From the NCBI GenBank assembly GCA_964613185.1, contig CAZTIP010000003.1:2987-66986 (forward strand): DNA of 64,000 nt, given 5' to 3'. Source of the DNA: Candidatus Woesearchaeota archaeon. Its GTDB lineage: Archaea > Nanobdellota > Nanobdellia > Pacearchaeales > GW2011-AR1. The notes beneath the pieces were generated by a model, which made no database searches, was not told where the DNA came from, and saw only the letters and a program-made list of their open reading frames with translations. Of this stretch, positions 17,960-28,740 are shown in pieces (positions within the stretch are counted from its first letter, which is position 1; every line of letters starts with the position of its first letter). The position numbers were made by a program, and so were the translations under genes.

Positions 17960-18763
17960 ATGATTGTCAAAGAGGAATTTTTAAGTAGGTTGAGAAAAAT
18001 ATTTGACCTAAATTTATATGAGGTGAAGGTTTGGACAGCATTACTTTCTCGAGGAACTTCAACAGCCGGAGAACTTTCTTCAATTTCAGATGTTCCACGT
18101 TCAAGGACTTACGATATTTTGGAATCTTTAGAAAAAAAAGGGTTTATAATAATGAAGCTTGGAAAACCAATAAAATTTGTTGCATTAAAACCGGGAGAAG
18201 TTATAGAGAGAGTAAAACGAAATTTAGTGACTTCTGCAAAGGAGAAATCAAATAGATTAGAAAAATTAAAGGGTGACGAAGTTCTTGAAGAATTAACTTC
18301 CTTATTTTCAGATGGAATAAAATATGTTGAACCAACAGATCTTTCAGGAGCATTAAAAGGAAGACAAAATATTTACAATCATTTAGATATGTTAATCAGA
18401 GAAGCTCAAACAAAAATAACTCTCGTAACTACCGAAGATGGATTAAATAGAAAAATGGAGGTTCTCCTTCCAAGTTTAGAAAAGGCAAAAAAAAGAGGAG
18501 TACAAATAAGAATTGCAGCACCAATAACAGAGAAGAATAAAGAAATTGTAAATGAATTTTCAAAAGTGGCAGAAATTAAAAATTCTGAAAATTTAAATGC
18601 AAGATTTATGTTAATTGATGGAGAACAATTAATGTTTATGCTTCTTAACGATCAAGAAGTTCATCCAACTTATGATGTAGGAGTTTGGCTTAATACTGAA
18701 TTTTTCGCACAAGCACTTGAACAATTATTCGAAATAGCTTGGAAGAATTTCAAAAAAGATTAA
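17960..18763 (+). CDS. TrmB-family transcriptional regulator
   Basis: N-terminal wHTH LNLYEVKVWTALLSRGTSTAGELSSISDVPRSRTYDILESLEKKGFI, plus a C-terminal TrmB effector-like domain. Confidence 0.75.
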   Translation: MIVKEEFLSRLRKIFDLNLYEVKVWTALLSRGTSTAGELSSISDVPRSRTYDILESLEKKGFIIMKLGKPIKFVALKPGEVIERVKRNLVTSAKEKSNRLEKLKGDEVLEELTSLFSDGIKYVEPTDLSGALKGRQNIYNHLDMLIREAQTKITLVTTEDGLNRKMEVLLPSLEKAKKRGVQIRIAAPITEKNKEIVNEFSKVAEIKNSENLNARFMLIDGEQLMFMLLNDQEVHPTYDVGVWLNTEFFAQALEQLFEIAWKNFKKD

Positions 18764-18774
18764 TAATTTTAAAA

Positions 18775-20466
18775 TTACATTTCTTTCAAAACTTTAATCC
18801 CTAGCAAATCCAAACTTTTACCCAAAGTAACTTTAAAAGAATAAACTAAATTTAATCTAAATCCCTCTTTTTCAGAACCTAAAACTTGGCAATCATGGTA
18901 AAATTCATTAAAGATTTGAGCTAATTCAAAAGAATAATTTGCAATCAAATTAGGAGCCAATTTTTCATAAGATTTTTCAACAATCTTCGGAAAAGAATCT
19001 ATCTTCTTCAATAATTTAACTTCGCTATCTTTCAAATCAATAAATTTAACTTTAGGAATTTCGCCAGCATTCTTTAAAATAGAATTAGCACGGGCATAGC
19101 TATAAAGTAAATAGGGCCCAGTATCTCCCTCAAAACTTGTAAATCTATCCAAATCAAATACTACATTATTTTCTCGAGAATTTTTCAAATCACCATAATA
19201 AATTGCTGAAAGGGCAATTATTTTGGAACGTTTATCAAGTTCATTTTTAGACAAATTTTCTTTATTACTTAAATTTTCACGAGCTTTTTCAATAACATCA
19301 TCTAAAATATCACCCATAAAAATAGTTTTACCTTTCCTAGTTGCAAATTTTTTACCATCATTATCTAAATAAAGCCCATGAGCAATATGAATACAATCCT
19401 TAAACCAAAAATATCCCAACTTTTCGAGAATTTTAAAGACTTGTTTAAAATGAAGTTTTTGTTCATTACCAACCTCATAAATCATCCTATGGAAATTATA
19501 TTTTTTCTTTCTAAAAATGGCTGCAGTTAAATCACGGGTAGCATAAAGGGAAGTGCCATCACTTTTTTGAATAAGTGAAACTCCTAAATTTTCGGAAGAC
19601 AAATCAACAATTTCCGCACCTTCATCTTTTTTCAAAAGTCTCTTTTTTCTTAAATCATCGACAACAAAATTCATTTTATTATTATAATTACTTTCTCCAG
19701 AAATAACATCAAAAGAGATTCCAAGAAAATCATAAATTGAATCAAATTCCTTCAAGGAAAGTTTTTTAAATTTTTTCCAAAGCATATTATTTTCCTTATC
19801 TCCTTCTTCTAATTTTTTAAATTCTAATCTAACTTCGGATTCAAATTTTTTATCATTAGCCCGAACATATAATTCCAATAAATGTTTTGAAGGATTTTTT
19901 TTAAGTTTATTTTCATCCCCCCATTTTTTAAATCCAAAAATAATTTTACCAAATTGAGTTCCCCAATCTCCTAAATAATTAATTTTCACTACAGAATAAC
20001 CATTAGCTTCGCAAATTTTCCCAATTGAATTTCCAATAATTGTTGACCTTAAATGTCCAATTCCAAAAGGTTTAGCAATATTTGGGGAAGACATATCAAT
20101 GACAATTTTTTTATTTTTTCCATTTTTATTTTTTCCAAAATCTTCTTTCAAAACTTCTTCAAAAACTCGCTTAACCAAAAAATTCTTATCAACAAAAAAA
20201 TTAACATATCCTCCATTAAAATCAACATTTGAAATTCCTTTAGGTAATTTTTTCCTAAATTTTTTACCCAAATCTTCTGCAACAATCAAAGGATTTTTAT
20301 TTTTAGGAAGAGGATACCCCAAATGTTTTAATTTTTTAGCTAAACTAAAACATGGAAATGCAAAATCTCCCATTTCATCCTTAGGAGGAACTTCAAGGAT
20401 TTTGTCAACTTCCCCAATAGAAAGTCCAAGTTCTTTAGCAATCATTTTTGAAATAATCAATCTCAT
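18775..20466 (-). CDS. argS: Arginyl-tRNA synthetase
   Basis: SSPNIAKPFGIGHLRSTIIGNSIGKI...NYLGDWGTQFG class-I ArgRS motifs. 563 aa. Confidence 0.85.
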   Translation of the reverse strand: MRLIISKMIAKELGLSIGEVDKILEVPPKDEMGDFAFPCFSLAKKLKHLGYPLPKNKNPLIVAEDLGKKFRKKLPKGISNVDFNGGYVNFFVDKNFLVKRVFEEVLKEDFGKNKNGKNKKIVIDMSSPNIAKPFGIGHLRSTIIGNSIGKICEANGYSVVKINYLGDWGTQFGKIIFGFKKWGDENKLKKNPSKHLLELYVRANDKKFESEVRLEFKKLEEGDKENNMLWKKFKKLSLKEFDSIYDFLGISFDVISGESNYNNKMNFVVDDLRKKRLLKKDEGAEIVDLSSENLGVSLIQKSDGTSLYATRDLTAAIFRKKKYNFHRMIYEVGNEQKLHFKQVFKILEKLGYFWFKDCIHIAHGLYLDNDGKKFATRKGKTIFMGDILDDVIEKARENLSNKENLSKNELDKRSKIIALSAIYYGDLKNSRENNVVFDLDRFTSFEGDTGPYLLYSYARANSILKNAGEIPKVKFIDLKDSEVKLLKKIDSFPKIVEKSYEKLAPNLIANYSFELAQIFNEFYHDCQVLGSEKEGFRLNLVYSFKVTLGKSLDLLGIKVLKEM

Positions 20467-20491
20467 AATATCTCAACAAAAAATAGATTTA

Positions 20492-20776
20492 TTAAACTTT
20501 CTTAACAGAACATGCAGATTCAGAAACTTTTTCAGAACAATTTTCTTCAACATTTTTTTTAAAAAGACTAAGGGTCATAACTTTCAACCAATTAAAATGT
20601 AAAATCAAATGAATACCTACCAAAAAAGTAAGAATCAACCCAAATTTTGAATGGATGTCGAGTGTTGAAACTCCTAAAAAATCAAAACCACCATATTGTA
20701 AGATAAATCCAGCTAAAGAAACTACAATAAATGAAATCAACAAAAGTATATCAATCCAATAATTTGTTCTATCCAT
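20492..20776 (-). CDS. Hypothetical membrane protein (94 aa)
   Basis: Two or three predicted TM helices. No motif recognised. Confidence 0.35.
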   Translation of the reverse strand: MDRTNYWIDILLLISFIVVSLAGFILQYGGFDFLGVSTLDIHSKFGLILTFLVGIHLILHFNWLKVMTLSLFKKNVEENCSEKVSESACSVKKV

Positions 20777-20816
20777 AATTCAATTAAAACTTAATAGTTT
20801 ATTAATGTTTAGAAAA

Positions 20817-22535
20817 CTAAAAAATCGCCCACTCATTTTTCTTTTTTTGTTCCCTGTCCAAAACAGAATCTAACTTATTTATTCTAGGTCTTCCACTTTC
20901 AGAATCTTTTCTTAAAGTAACTTTCAAATCTTGAAGTAGTTTTGAAATTCCTTTCTTAAATTCTCTTATTTCAGATGCTCTTCCAGAAATTCCTCCAACA
21001 CCTTCAAAATTAATAATTGAATCTGCCAAATAACTAATAAATAATAAATCATGGTCAATAACAAATGCTGTTTTTTCTTTATCAATCATAATTTCTTTAA
21101 TTGCTTTAGCAACTGTAATTCTTTCTTCAACATCCAAATAAGCCGAAGGTTCATCTATCAAATAGATTTCTGCATCTTTTGCCAAACATCTTGCAACACT
21201 AAATCTTTGCAATTCCCCCCCGGATAATTCCCCCATAGTTTTTTCTTGCAAAACTCCTAAATTAAAAACACTCGCCAATTTTTTACCTATTTTTTCTCTA
21301 AACATAATTTCCCTAACCTTCTCCTTAGATTCAGTAAACAAATACTGAGGCTTATAGCTAATATCTAAATTTAAGTCTAATTTTCCCTTATCAGTTTCTA
21401 ATTCTCCAACAAGTGCCCTAAAAAAACTAGTTTTTCCAGTTCCATTTCTTCCCAAAACTCCAACAACATGATTTTGATGAATTTCTCCACCTTCAACTTT
21501 CAGTTCAAAACCACTTTCAAATTTCAAATTGAACGAAGGCCATTCGGCAATTTTAATCCCACTATTCAGGGAATTTTTAGTAAAATTAAAATGAAGTTCT
21601 TTATCCCTAATTCTTAAATTTTCTTCCCTTAGAAATCCTTGAAGATAGGAATTAACCCCCTTTTTAGAAGATTTCAAACCGCTAACAATCCCGTAAGAAC
21701 CTTGACCACCATAAAAAATATTTAGATAGTCTGTAAGATAATCTAAAATCAATAAATCATGTTCAACAACTATGACAGATTTATTCTTTCCAAAATTTTT
21801 AATAAAATCACTTACTTTCAATCGTTCACCAATATCTAAATAAGCAAGAGGTTCATCAAAGAAGTAAATATCTGCATCACCTAAACTAGTTGCAAGAATA
21901 GAAATTCTCTGCAATTCCCCTCCAGAAAGTTTATTCATTTTATTATTTAAAACATTCTCAACCCCTAAAATTTCTGCTAATTTTTTAATCTCAGAAACTT
22001 TGCCTCGTTTCTTCAACAAATCAAAAGCAACGACATCGACAGATAATGCCGATAAATTCTGAGGCTTATAAGAAATCTTTTTATTTTTTAATAATTCAAA
22101 ATATCTCAATAATTCATTTCCCTTAAAAAATTCGTTAATTCTTTCTTCATTAGATTCTCCTCCAAAATTCATTTCCTCTTGTCCTGCCAAAATTTTTACA
22201 GCAGTAGATTTTCCAATTCCATTTCTTCCAAGTAAACCCAAAACAGAATTTTCCTTAGGTGTTGGAAGTCCATAAAGTGTAAATCCATTTTCTCCATAAC
22301 GGTGAACAATATCTTTTTCATCTACCGAAGGCAAATTAATTATTTCTATAGCTCCAAACGGACACCTCTTAACACAGATTTTACATCCAATACAAGTACT
22401 CTCATCAATTTTAGCTTTATTCCCCACAACAATACAACTATCCAAATCCTTTTTTTCAACTGGACACGATTTTTTACACTCAAGAGCACAAAGAGTCGGC
22501 TTACATTTTTTTCTATTAATTATTGCTAATTGCAT
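20817..22535 (-). CDS. abcE1: ABCE1 / RNase L inhibitor-family ribosome recycling ATPase
   Basis: N-terminal double 4Fe-4S ferredoxin domain (CIGCKICVKRCPFGAI), followed by two ABC cassettes (GLLGRNGIGKST, LSGGELQR x2). Confidence 0.9.
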   Translation of the reverse strand: MQLAIINRKKCKPTLCALECKKSCPVEKKDLDSCIVVGNKAKIDESTCIGCKICVKRCPFGAIEIINLPSVDEKDIVHRYGENGFTLYGLPTPKENSVLGLLGRNGIGKSTAVKILAGQEEMNFGGESNEERINEFFKGNELLRYFELLKNKKISYKPQNLSALSVDVVAFDLLKKRGKVSEIKKLAEILGVENVLNNKMNKLSGGELQRISILATSLGDADIYFFDEPLAYLDIGERLKVSDFIKNFGKNKSVIVVEHDLLILDYLTDYLNIFYGGQGSYGIVSGLKSSKKGVNSYLQGFLREENLRIRDKELHFNFTKNSLNSGIKIAEWPSFNLKFESGFELKVEGGEIHQNHVVGVLGRNGTGKTSFFRALVGELETDKGKLDLNLDISYKPQYLFTESKEKVREIMFREKIGKKLASVFNLGVLQEKTMGELSGGELQRFSVARCLAKDAEIYLIDEPSAYLDVEERITVAKAIKEIMIDKEKTAFVIDHDLLFISYLADSIINFEGVGGISGRASEIREFKKGISKLLQDLKVTLRKDSESGRPRINKLDSVLDREQKKKNEWAIF

Positions 22536-22569
22536 ATTCCCAAATAGAAATCTTTAATTTTAAAGTTAA

Positions 22570-22782
22570 CTAAAAATCATTAACATTTTTACCACATTCA
22601 GGACAAAATTTTTCTCCACCTTCAAGTGCCCAATTACACCCTAAACATCTCCTAATATCTTTTCGTTCCTCAATAATTGCCTCATAATCATCTCGTCCAG
22701 ATAAAATTTTTCCCATAATTGATTTGATTTTTTCTTTATCTTCTCCATCTTCTTGAAATTTCGTTAAATCAAATCCTTCCAC
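22570..22782 (-). CDS. Small zinc-ribbon protein (70 aa)
   Basis: CLGC...CPEC pair of CxxC motifs. Confidence 0.45.
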   Translation of the reverse strand: MEGFDLTKFQEDGEDKEKIKSIMGKILSGRDDYEAIIEERKDIRRCLGCNWALEGGEKFCPECGKNVNDF

Positions 22783-22783
22783 A

Positions 22784-23014
22784 TTAAACTCCTTCCCTCA
22801 TAACAGTTTTATATTTTTTATCAAATTTCTTTTTCTTTTTCCAAGATAAAATTCCTTCAAGGGCCAAACCAATTCCTGCCAAAAACCAAAACCAATCAGA
22901 AGAAATTTCCCAACCATAAACTAATTTTAAAATAACCCCCAGGCTAATCGCAAACCCAGTAATCACCAAACTATAGTAATTAATATAATCTTTAATCATA
23001 AAAAATAATAACAA
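22784..23014 (-). CDS. Hypothetical small membrane protein
   Basis: Two TM helices. Confidence 0.3.
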   Translation of the reverse strand: MLLFFMIKDYINYYSLVITGFAISLGVILKLVYGWEISSDWFWFLAGIGLALEGILSWKKKKKFDKKYKTVMREGV

Positions 23015-23054
23015 AATGATTTTATAAAATTAACTCAAAGAATCAAAATAAAAA

Positions 23055-23327
23055 CTATTTGAGTTCTTTTTCCAATTCGCTTCTCCCCTTATCTTCTCCA
23101 TGCTTAATTTGATTATAAATCCCAAGGCATATAGATGCAATTGCAGGAACACCGATAAGATAGGGATGGTCCATCTTTTGATCCTCAATATCTACAAATC
23201 CTGCAATAACCGAAAGAGACGCAATACCACAGGCAACACCATCATAAAATTCCCTACAAGAATAATCCCTTAATTTCTGAACGTTTTCCTTCACCTTAAC
23301 ACTCATAAATAACTCAAGAAAGGCCAA
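23055..23327 (-). CDS. Hypothetical protein (90 aa)
   Basis: ORF only. Confidence 0.3.
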   Translation of the reverse strand: MAFLELFMSVKVKENVQKLRDYSCREFYDGVACGIASLSVIAGFVDIEDQKMDHPYLIGVPAIASICLGIYNQIKHGEDKGRSELEKELK

Positions 23328-23490
23328 CTTATAATTCTTTTGGTTTTAAAACGTCATCTGAATTCTTTTTCTAAATCCTCAATACAGTTATATTTCTTAC
23401 AGAGATGTTGACTAAATTCTTATAATTTCCTGAAGAAATATGTTAAATGAGTTAAAGTTAGTTGTATAGCTTGTTAATCCAACACAAAAA

Positions 23491-23591
23491 AGCCTCTGGC
23501 CGGGATTAAACCGACGACCTCTTGATTTTTCGAATTTATCTTAACCTAAAAACTTACGAATCAAGCGCTCTATCAACTGAGCTACAAAGGC
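23491..23591 (-). tRNA. tRNA-Thr (anticodon CGT) with a ~28-nt canonical intron between positions 37/38
   Basis: Acceptor GCCTTTG/CAGAGGC. D-arm GCTC-AGTTGATA-GAGC. Anticodon stem CTTGA/TCAAG with loop TTCGTA|intron|A. T-arm GTCGG-TTTAATC-CCGGC. Exon 37 nt + intron 28 nt + exon 36 nt = 101 nt. Confidence 0.75.
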
Positions 23592-23628
23592 ACAAAAAAT
23601 AAAACTATTCACAACTTATTAAACTTTC

Positions 23629-24258
23629 TCAACAACCAAATTCACCCTTAATTGGACAAGTCGTAGATACCAAGTCTTCGCGAATTTCGCCAGGGGCAGA
23701 GCCAGAAATTACATAATCTTCTACATTAGTAGTATTCCATTCATGAGGATGATTCCATAAAGTCCAAAAATACCGCCATTCATTCCATCCAATTCCTAAT
23801 TTCTGAACATAAATATCATTTTCAACAAGCATTTTTCCAACTTTACTTCCAGTCATACACGGGATACTATAACAATAAATAATTATATCCTTATCAGGAT
23901 TATCCCCAATCAATTTTTCAAAAGAATTTACAATTCTTTCAACATCTCCATAAGCAGATTTATAACGTGATTTATAAGCCGGAATATTTACTGCACCAAT
24001 AATATGTTCTTCTAAATATTCTTCCTCACTTCTTAAATCTACTAAAATAAAGCTATCATCTCCTTTAACCATCCCCTTCCGGATATGATGTGGACTTACC
24101 TGAACTTCATTCTCCGAAAGATAATAATCCTTAATCAATTCCTCAGAACTCTTTTCTTGAAATTTAATAACTGCAAATGTTGAAAGCGAAGCAATAATCG
24201 AACTAGTTAAAATTACCAAAAACAAAAATCTAAAAACAAATTTTTTACTTAATCTCAT
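23629..24258 (-). CDS. Membrane-anchored rhodanese-domain sulfurtransferase
   Basis: N-terminal TM segment. Rhodanese core LVDLRSEEEY...GAVNIP...IIIYCYSIPC with active-site Cys loop. Confidence 0.65.
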   Translation of the reverse strand: MRLSKKFVFRFLFLVILTSSIIASLSTFAVIKFQEKSSEELIKDYYLSENEVQVSPHHIRKGMVKGDDSFILVDLRSEEEYLEEHIIGAVNIPAYKSRYKSAYGDVERIVNSFEKLIGDNPDKDIIIYCYSIPCMTGSKVGKMLVENDIYVQKLGIGWNEWRYFWTLWNHPHEWNTTNVEDYVISGSAPGEIREDLVSTTCPIKGEFGC

Positions 24259-24259
24259 T

Positions 24260-24616
24260 TTAATCAGATAAACTACATTCAGTCAAGGCAGCTAATTTTT
24301 CAAGAGGCTGAACACCAGAATAAGTTTCTTCATTTATTTTCCAAGTTGGATATCCAGTAACATCATTTAACAAACATTCTTCTTTATTAAAATCACAATT
24401 TACATAATCGATTTTCTTAAAAGATTTACCAAAAAGTGCCTTTTGTTTTTTACAATAAGAACACCAATCAGTTCCATACATAACAGCTTCTTTTTCAGTT
24501 AAACAACTAGCAAAAGAATCAAATTCCCCCGCAGTATCTGGAACAATTAAATAAATTAACAAGATTAAAAATCCAATTCCAAAATAAAACCAAAAATTCT
24601 TCAACATTTTTTTCAT
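24260..24616 (-). CDS. Thioredoxin-fold (glutaredoxin-like) protein with WCSYC active site, membrane anchored
   Basis: YGTDWCSYCKKQK CxxC motif in a thioredoxin-like context. N-terminal TM segment. Confidence 0.55.
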   Translation of the reverse strand: MKKMLKNFWFYFGIGFLILLIYLIVPDTAGEFDSFASCLTEKEAVMYGTDWCSYCKKQKALFGKSFKKIDYVNCDFNKEECLLNDVTGYPTWKINEETYSGVQPLEKLAALTECSLSD

Positions 24617-24664
24617 AAATTTAACAAAAAATTGTACTATTTAAATTCTTTGATAAAATAGTTT

Positions 24665-26875
24665 TTAAATTTTCTTTCGCCTAAGTAAATTTGCATTTCC
24701 AACAACAGTTATTGAAGACAACGCCATCGCAATTTCAGCAATTACAGGGTGTAAAAATCCTGCAACGGCAACAGGAATTGCGATAGAATTATATGCAAAA
24801 GCCCAAAATAAATTTTGTTTAATCTTTCCAAAAGTAGCTTTTGATAAATTGATTGATTGGACAACACCTTCCAAGGAACCTTTAGCCAAAACTAAATCTC
24901 CTGCCTCAATAGCAATGTCCGTTCCAGTTCCTAATGCAATTCCAACATTCGCTTCTTTCAAAGCAGGAGCATCATTAACGCCATCTCCAACAAATGCAAC
25001 CATAGATTTTTCTTTCAAAATTTTAACTTTTTTAGCTTTCTCTCTCGGAAGAACGCCTGCAATAACTTCATTAATTCCAACTTTTCGAGCAATAGCTTTT
25101 GCAGTCCGCAAATTATCTCCTGTAATCATAATAGTTTTGTAACCTCTACTATTTAATTGTTCAATAGCATGAACAGAATCCTCTTTCAATGCATCAGCAA
25201 CAGCGATAATTCCAATAACTTGTTCATCTTCACTAACTACCATTGTGGTTTTACCTTGGGATTCAAACAATCCAATTTTTTCAACATATCTTTTCAAAGA
25301 AATATTTCGTTCATTCATCAAAGCTTCATTTCCAATTAAAATTTTCTTAGTTCCTAAAATTCCTTCAACACCTCGGCCACGAAGAATTTTAAAAGATTTA
25401 ACTTTGCGATATCTTTTCAAATTTGCACCTTTAACAATCGCCTTAGAAAGCGGGTGTTCGCTCAATTTTTCCAAACTAGCAGAAATATCCAATAAATAAT
25501 TTTTATCTCCAAGGGTAAATACATCTGTAATTTCAGGTTTCCCTTTTGTAATCGTTCCAGTTTTATCAAAAACAATTGTCTTAATTTTCTTCATAGTTTG
25601 AATTGCCTCTCCTCGCCGAATCAAAATTCCTTTTTTAGCACCAATTCCACTTCCCACCATCAATGCAGTAGGCGTTGCCAATCCCAAAGCACAAGGGCAC
25701 GCAATCACCAAAACAGAAACCATAACTCCAATTGCCCTCCCCCAATCATCAGTAAAGAAAAATCCCCACGATAAAAGTGTCAAAAGGGCAATAACTAAAA
25801 CAATGGGAACAAAAATACTTGTAATTTTATCGGCAAGAGCTTGAATGGGAATTTTAGTTCCTTGTGCTTCTTCAACCAATTTAATAATATGTGAAAGAAA
25901 GGTATCTTTTCCAATTTTAGTTGCCTTAATATACAAAATTCCATCCTGATTAATTGTTGCTCCAATTACTGAACTTCCTTTAATTTTTTCAACGGGCAAA
26001 CTCTCTCCAGTAACCATAGATTCATCGACAGAACTTTCACCGTTAAAAACAATCCCGTCAGTGGGAATTTTTTCACCGGGCCTAACCAATAAAATATCTC
26101 CAACAATAATTTCAGAAACGACAATACTAATTTCTTTTTTATTTCGGATAACTACTGCATTTTTTGCACCCATTTCTAACAATTTTTTTATTTCCTGTCC
26201 TGCACGTCCCTTAGCTTTAGTTTCAACATATTTCCCAGTAAAAAAGAAAGTCATAATCATCGCAGAAATTCCAGAATAATCTAAAACCTCAATAAAAAAA
26301 CTTAAAATTCCAGTCAAATAAGCAACCACGGTCCCCAAAGATATCAGAGAATCCATATTAAAATAAAAGCTTGTAAAACCTTTCAACCCCCCCTTAAGAG
26401 TACTTTTACCAAAGACAAAGATTACTGGAAAAGATAAAACAAGTAAAATAGTTGTCATAATTTCCTTGCTAAATAATTCAAAACCCAAAATTTTAGCAGA
26501 AAACATAATCAACATGATAGGTAGTGTAATTCCCCAAGACCACATAGTTCTTTTTTTCCACATTAAAATTTCGTCATCGTCAGGAGTTTTAGAATGTTCA
26601 TGACCTTCCATTTTCATTTCACTCATTTCATTAGAAGAAGAGTTCTTCTCAACAGAAGATTTTTCAATAATAAAATTCTTAACGGAATAATTTCCAACTT
26701 TGGAAACTGCTTTTTTCAAACTTTCTTCATTAACTTCGCCTTCGATAAAACCCTTTTTAGTCAAAAAATTAATATTCGCACTTTTTACACCCTTCACTTT
26801 CCCAATACTTTTTTCTATATTTATAGCACAACTAGCACAATTCATTCCAGCAATTTCTATTTTAATTTTTTTCAT
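24665..26875 (-). CDS. copA: Copper-translocating P1B-type ATPase
   Basis: N-terminal [14 protein letters not shown] motif ([12 protein letters not shown]). DKTGTIT phosphorylation site. [10 protein letters not shown] hinge motif. Confidence 0.9.
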   Translation of the reverse strand: MKKIKIEIAGMNCASCAINIEKSIGKVKGVKSANINFLTKKGFIEGEVNEESLKKAVSKVGNYSVKNFIIEKSSVEKNSSSNEMSEMKMEGHEHSKTPDDDEILMWKKRTMWSWGITLPIMLIMFSAKILGFELFSKEIMTTILLVLSFPVIFVFGKSTLKGGLKGFTSFYFNMDSLISLGTVVAYLTGILSFFIEVLDYSGISAMIMTFFFTGKYVETKAKGRAGQEIKKLLEMGAKNAVVIRNKKEISIVVSEIIVGDILLVRPGEKIPTDGIVFNGESSVDESMVTGESLPVEKIKGSSVIGATINQDGILYIKATKIGKDTFLSHIIKLVEEAQGTKIPIQALADKITSIFVPIVLVIALLTLLSWGFFFTDDWGRAIGVMVSVLVIACPCALGLATPTALMVGSGIGAKKGILIRRGEAIQTMKKIKTIVFDKTGTITKGKPEITDVFTLGDKNYLLDISASLEKLSEHPLSKAIVKGANLKRYRKVKSFKILRGRGVEGILGTKKILIGNEALMNERNISLKRYVEKIGLFESQGKTTMVVSEDEQVIGIIAVADALKEDSVHAIEQLNSRGYKTIMITGDNLRTAKAIARKVGINEVIAGVLPREKAKKVKILKEKSMVAFVGDGVNDAPALKEANVGIALGTGTDIAIEAGDLVLAKGSLEGVVQSINLSKATFGKIKQNLFWAFAYNSIAIPVAVAGFLHPVIAEIAMALSSITVVGNANLLRRKKI

Positions 26876-26920
26876 AAATCCATTTAGTTTTATTATATTT
26901 ATTCAATCAATTCTTAAATA

Positions 26921-27184
26921 TTAAGAAAATTGATTATAAAAATAAGCAATTAACCAACCACTAATAAATCCCCAAAGAGATGCTTCAACAGCTCCTAAAA
27001 AAATTCCCAGAGGGCTTAATGAAAAAAAGAGATGCCATTCACTCATTTGGTTAACTGCATTAGAATAAACTCCTAAATTTCCAAAAATTCCAAAGAGAAT
27101 CATACTCAATCCAGAAACAATAGCTAAGCCATATCCCAACCCTTTTTCACTTAGTTTTTTTACCATAATAAAACCTCCTTTCAA
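26921..27184 (-). CDS. Hypothetical small membrane protein (87 aa)
   Basis: Two TM helices. Confidence 0.3.
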   Translation of the reverse strand: MKGGFIMVKKLSEKGLGYGLAIVSGLSMILFGIFGNLGVYSNAVNQMSEWHLFFSLSPLGIFLGAVEASLWGFISGWLIAYFYNQFS

Positions 27185-27232
27185 AATTATAAAGCAAACA
27201 AGACATTATATAATTTGCCATTTAACAATAAA

Positions 27233-27370
27233 AATCAATCAACCTCTACCGCATATTTAATCAATTCAGTATTGCAGGCCTTATTTTCCTTACAGAATTT
27301 TTCACATTTCTTAGATAATTCTAATGAAGGATATTTCATTTTACAAATTTTACATTCAAATACTTCCGCC
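27233..27370 (-). CDS. Micro zinc-ribbon protein (45 aa), translationally coupled (TAATG) to the DUF302 gene
   Basis: Manual translation: MAEVFECKICKMKYPSLELSKKCEKFCKENKACNTELIKYAVEVD*. Cys pattern CxxC...CxxxC. Below the ORF-track size cutoff. Confidence 0.3.
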
Positions 27371-27371
27371 A

Positions 27372-27755
27372 TTAGATACTATTAATTACTTTTTTTAATT
27401 TATTTTCAACTTCAAAAGCTATTTTTCCAAGTTCTTCATTTTCAATCATCGCCATAGCAACGGTTGGCAAAATAGCAGAAACAAAAATTTCTCCCTTATC
27501 TGAATAAACTAAAACATTACAAGGCAAAAGCAAACCAATTTCTTTAACAGATTTCAAAGCCTTAAAAGCAAAAGGGGGATTACAGGCACCAAGGATAATA
27601 TAATCCTCAAAATCTTCATTCAATTTAATCTTCAAAGTTTTCTTTACATCTATCTCTGTCAAAATTCCAAATCCCGCTTTCTTCAATTCTTCACGAGTTT
27701 TTTCAACAGCTTCATCAAAATCAAATTCAACTTTTTTCTTATATCCTATTTCCAT
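27372..27755 (-). CDS. DUF302-family protein
   Basis: ILGACNPPFAFKAL...LLLPCNVLVY are conserved DUF302 motifs. 127 aa. Confidence 0.6.
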   Translation of the reverse strand: MEIGYKKKVEFDFDEAVEKTREELKKAGFGILTEIDVKKTLKIKLNEDFEDYIILGACNPPFAFKALKSVKEIGLLLPCNVLVYSDKGEIFVSAILPTVAMAMIENEELGKIAFEVENKLKKVINSI

Positions 27756-27768
27756 TTTTCAAATAAAT

Positions 27769-28242
27769 CTAAATCATCTCTCGGGTAACTAAAAAAGATG
27801 AAAAATAAATCCATACCACTGACAAGGCCTTCAATTCCAAACCTCTAAAAGGTAAATACATCAAAGCTAATGGCATGCCCAAAAGAGAAAATAAAAATGC
27901 CCCACAAGTCGCACATCCTGCCCCAAACATTCCAATGATCAATCCAAATGAGCCAAAAAATCCGACTTTAGAAACTTCACTAACTTTCTTAATTTTATAA
28001 AAAACCAATGCAGAAAATATTCCAAACATCAAAGAAATCAGTGTCAATAAAATCATATCCACAAAAACCAAATTAACTCCACTCATCAGAACAAGAATTC
28101 CAAATTCTTGATTAGCAACTGTTTTCAAGGTAAATTTCCATAGAATAAAAAAGACAAAAAATCCAGAAAACAAAAATATTAAAAAATAATTTCTTTGAGA
28201 TAAAACTTTCAAAACAAACGAGTGAAATTCTTTAAACTTCAT
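27769..28242 (-). CDS. Hypothetical polytopic membrane protein with an intramembrane CxxC (GAGCATCGAF)
   Basis: Four or five TM helices with a CATC pair. Possibly a thiol-disulfide or metal-handling partner. Confidence 0.35.
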   Translation of the reverse strand: MKFKEFHSFVLKVLSQRNYFLIFLFSGFFVFFILWKFTLKTVANQEFGILVLMSGVNLVFVDMILLTLISLMFGIFSALVFYKIKKVSEVSKVGFFGSFGLIIGMFGAGCATCGAFLFSLLGMPLALMYLPFRGLELKALSVVWIYFSSFLVTREMI

Positions 28243-28247
28243 TTCAC

Positions 28248-28739
28248 CTAAACCTGATCACCAATAGCGATACCATATTTTTCTTCAATAATTCTCATAA
28301 TGGCTTCTTTCTCTCCTGTTTTTTCAGAAATAGCCTCGGCAAAATATTCTGAAAGGTAGGGATTTCCATGACCTTCCAAAATTCCACCAATACATTCCAT
28401 GCAAGGGTGTTTTCCACTAATCACATCCTTAATGCAAGAACAAGTAGCACCGTCTCCATGTCCAGGAGTTTTTTCAATACAATAAGTGCAAGGTTTTTCT
28501 AAACAACACTTATACCCCCCATTATCTAAAAGATTTCCATGAATTGAATTTTTAAGAGAAATCATATTTTCCCGAAGAGATTCCATTGATTCATGGTTAT
28601 GAGATTCAAAATCCTGAGAAGATTCCACATTCATATAATGGTGCCCATTAAAAGGAAAAACGCTAACAAAAAGAATTACAACCAATAACAATATACCGAC
28701 AAAATATCCTTTAATAAACAAATCAGACTTATGCTTCAT
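28248..28739 (-). CDS. Membrane-anchored Cys/His-rich putative metal-binding protein
   Basis: His-rich segment NGHHYMNVESSQDFESHNHESMESL. Cys cluster KCCLEKPCTYCIE...CSC...HPCMEC. Confidence 0.4.
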   Translation of the reverse strand: MKHKSDLFIKGYFVGILLLVVILFVSVFPFNGHHYMNVESSQDFESHNHESMESLRENMISLKNSIHGNLLDNGGYKCCLEKPCTYCIEKTPGHGDGATCSCIKDVISGKHPCMECIGGILEGHGNPYLSEYFAEAISEKTGEKEAIMRIIEEKYGIAIGDQV

Positions 28740-28740
28740 T

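Noticed and set aside
14021-18255. Short ORFs 14021..14302, 15343..15528, 16418..16621, 17757..17948, 18031..18255
   Set aside because: They are antisense or alternative frames inside dph5, ileS and trmB.
20099-22529. Plus-strand ORFs 20099..20602 and 22302..22529
   Set aside because: They are antisense to argS and ABCE1, with Ser/Phe-rich artefactual translations.
24849-26924. Plus-strand ORFs inside copA: 24849..25142, 25157..25339, 25245..25499, 26061..26279, 26594..26887, 26700..26924
   Set aside because: They are antisense to the P-type ATPase, which has all diagnostic motifs.
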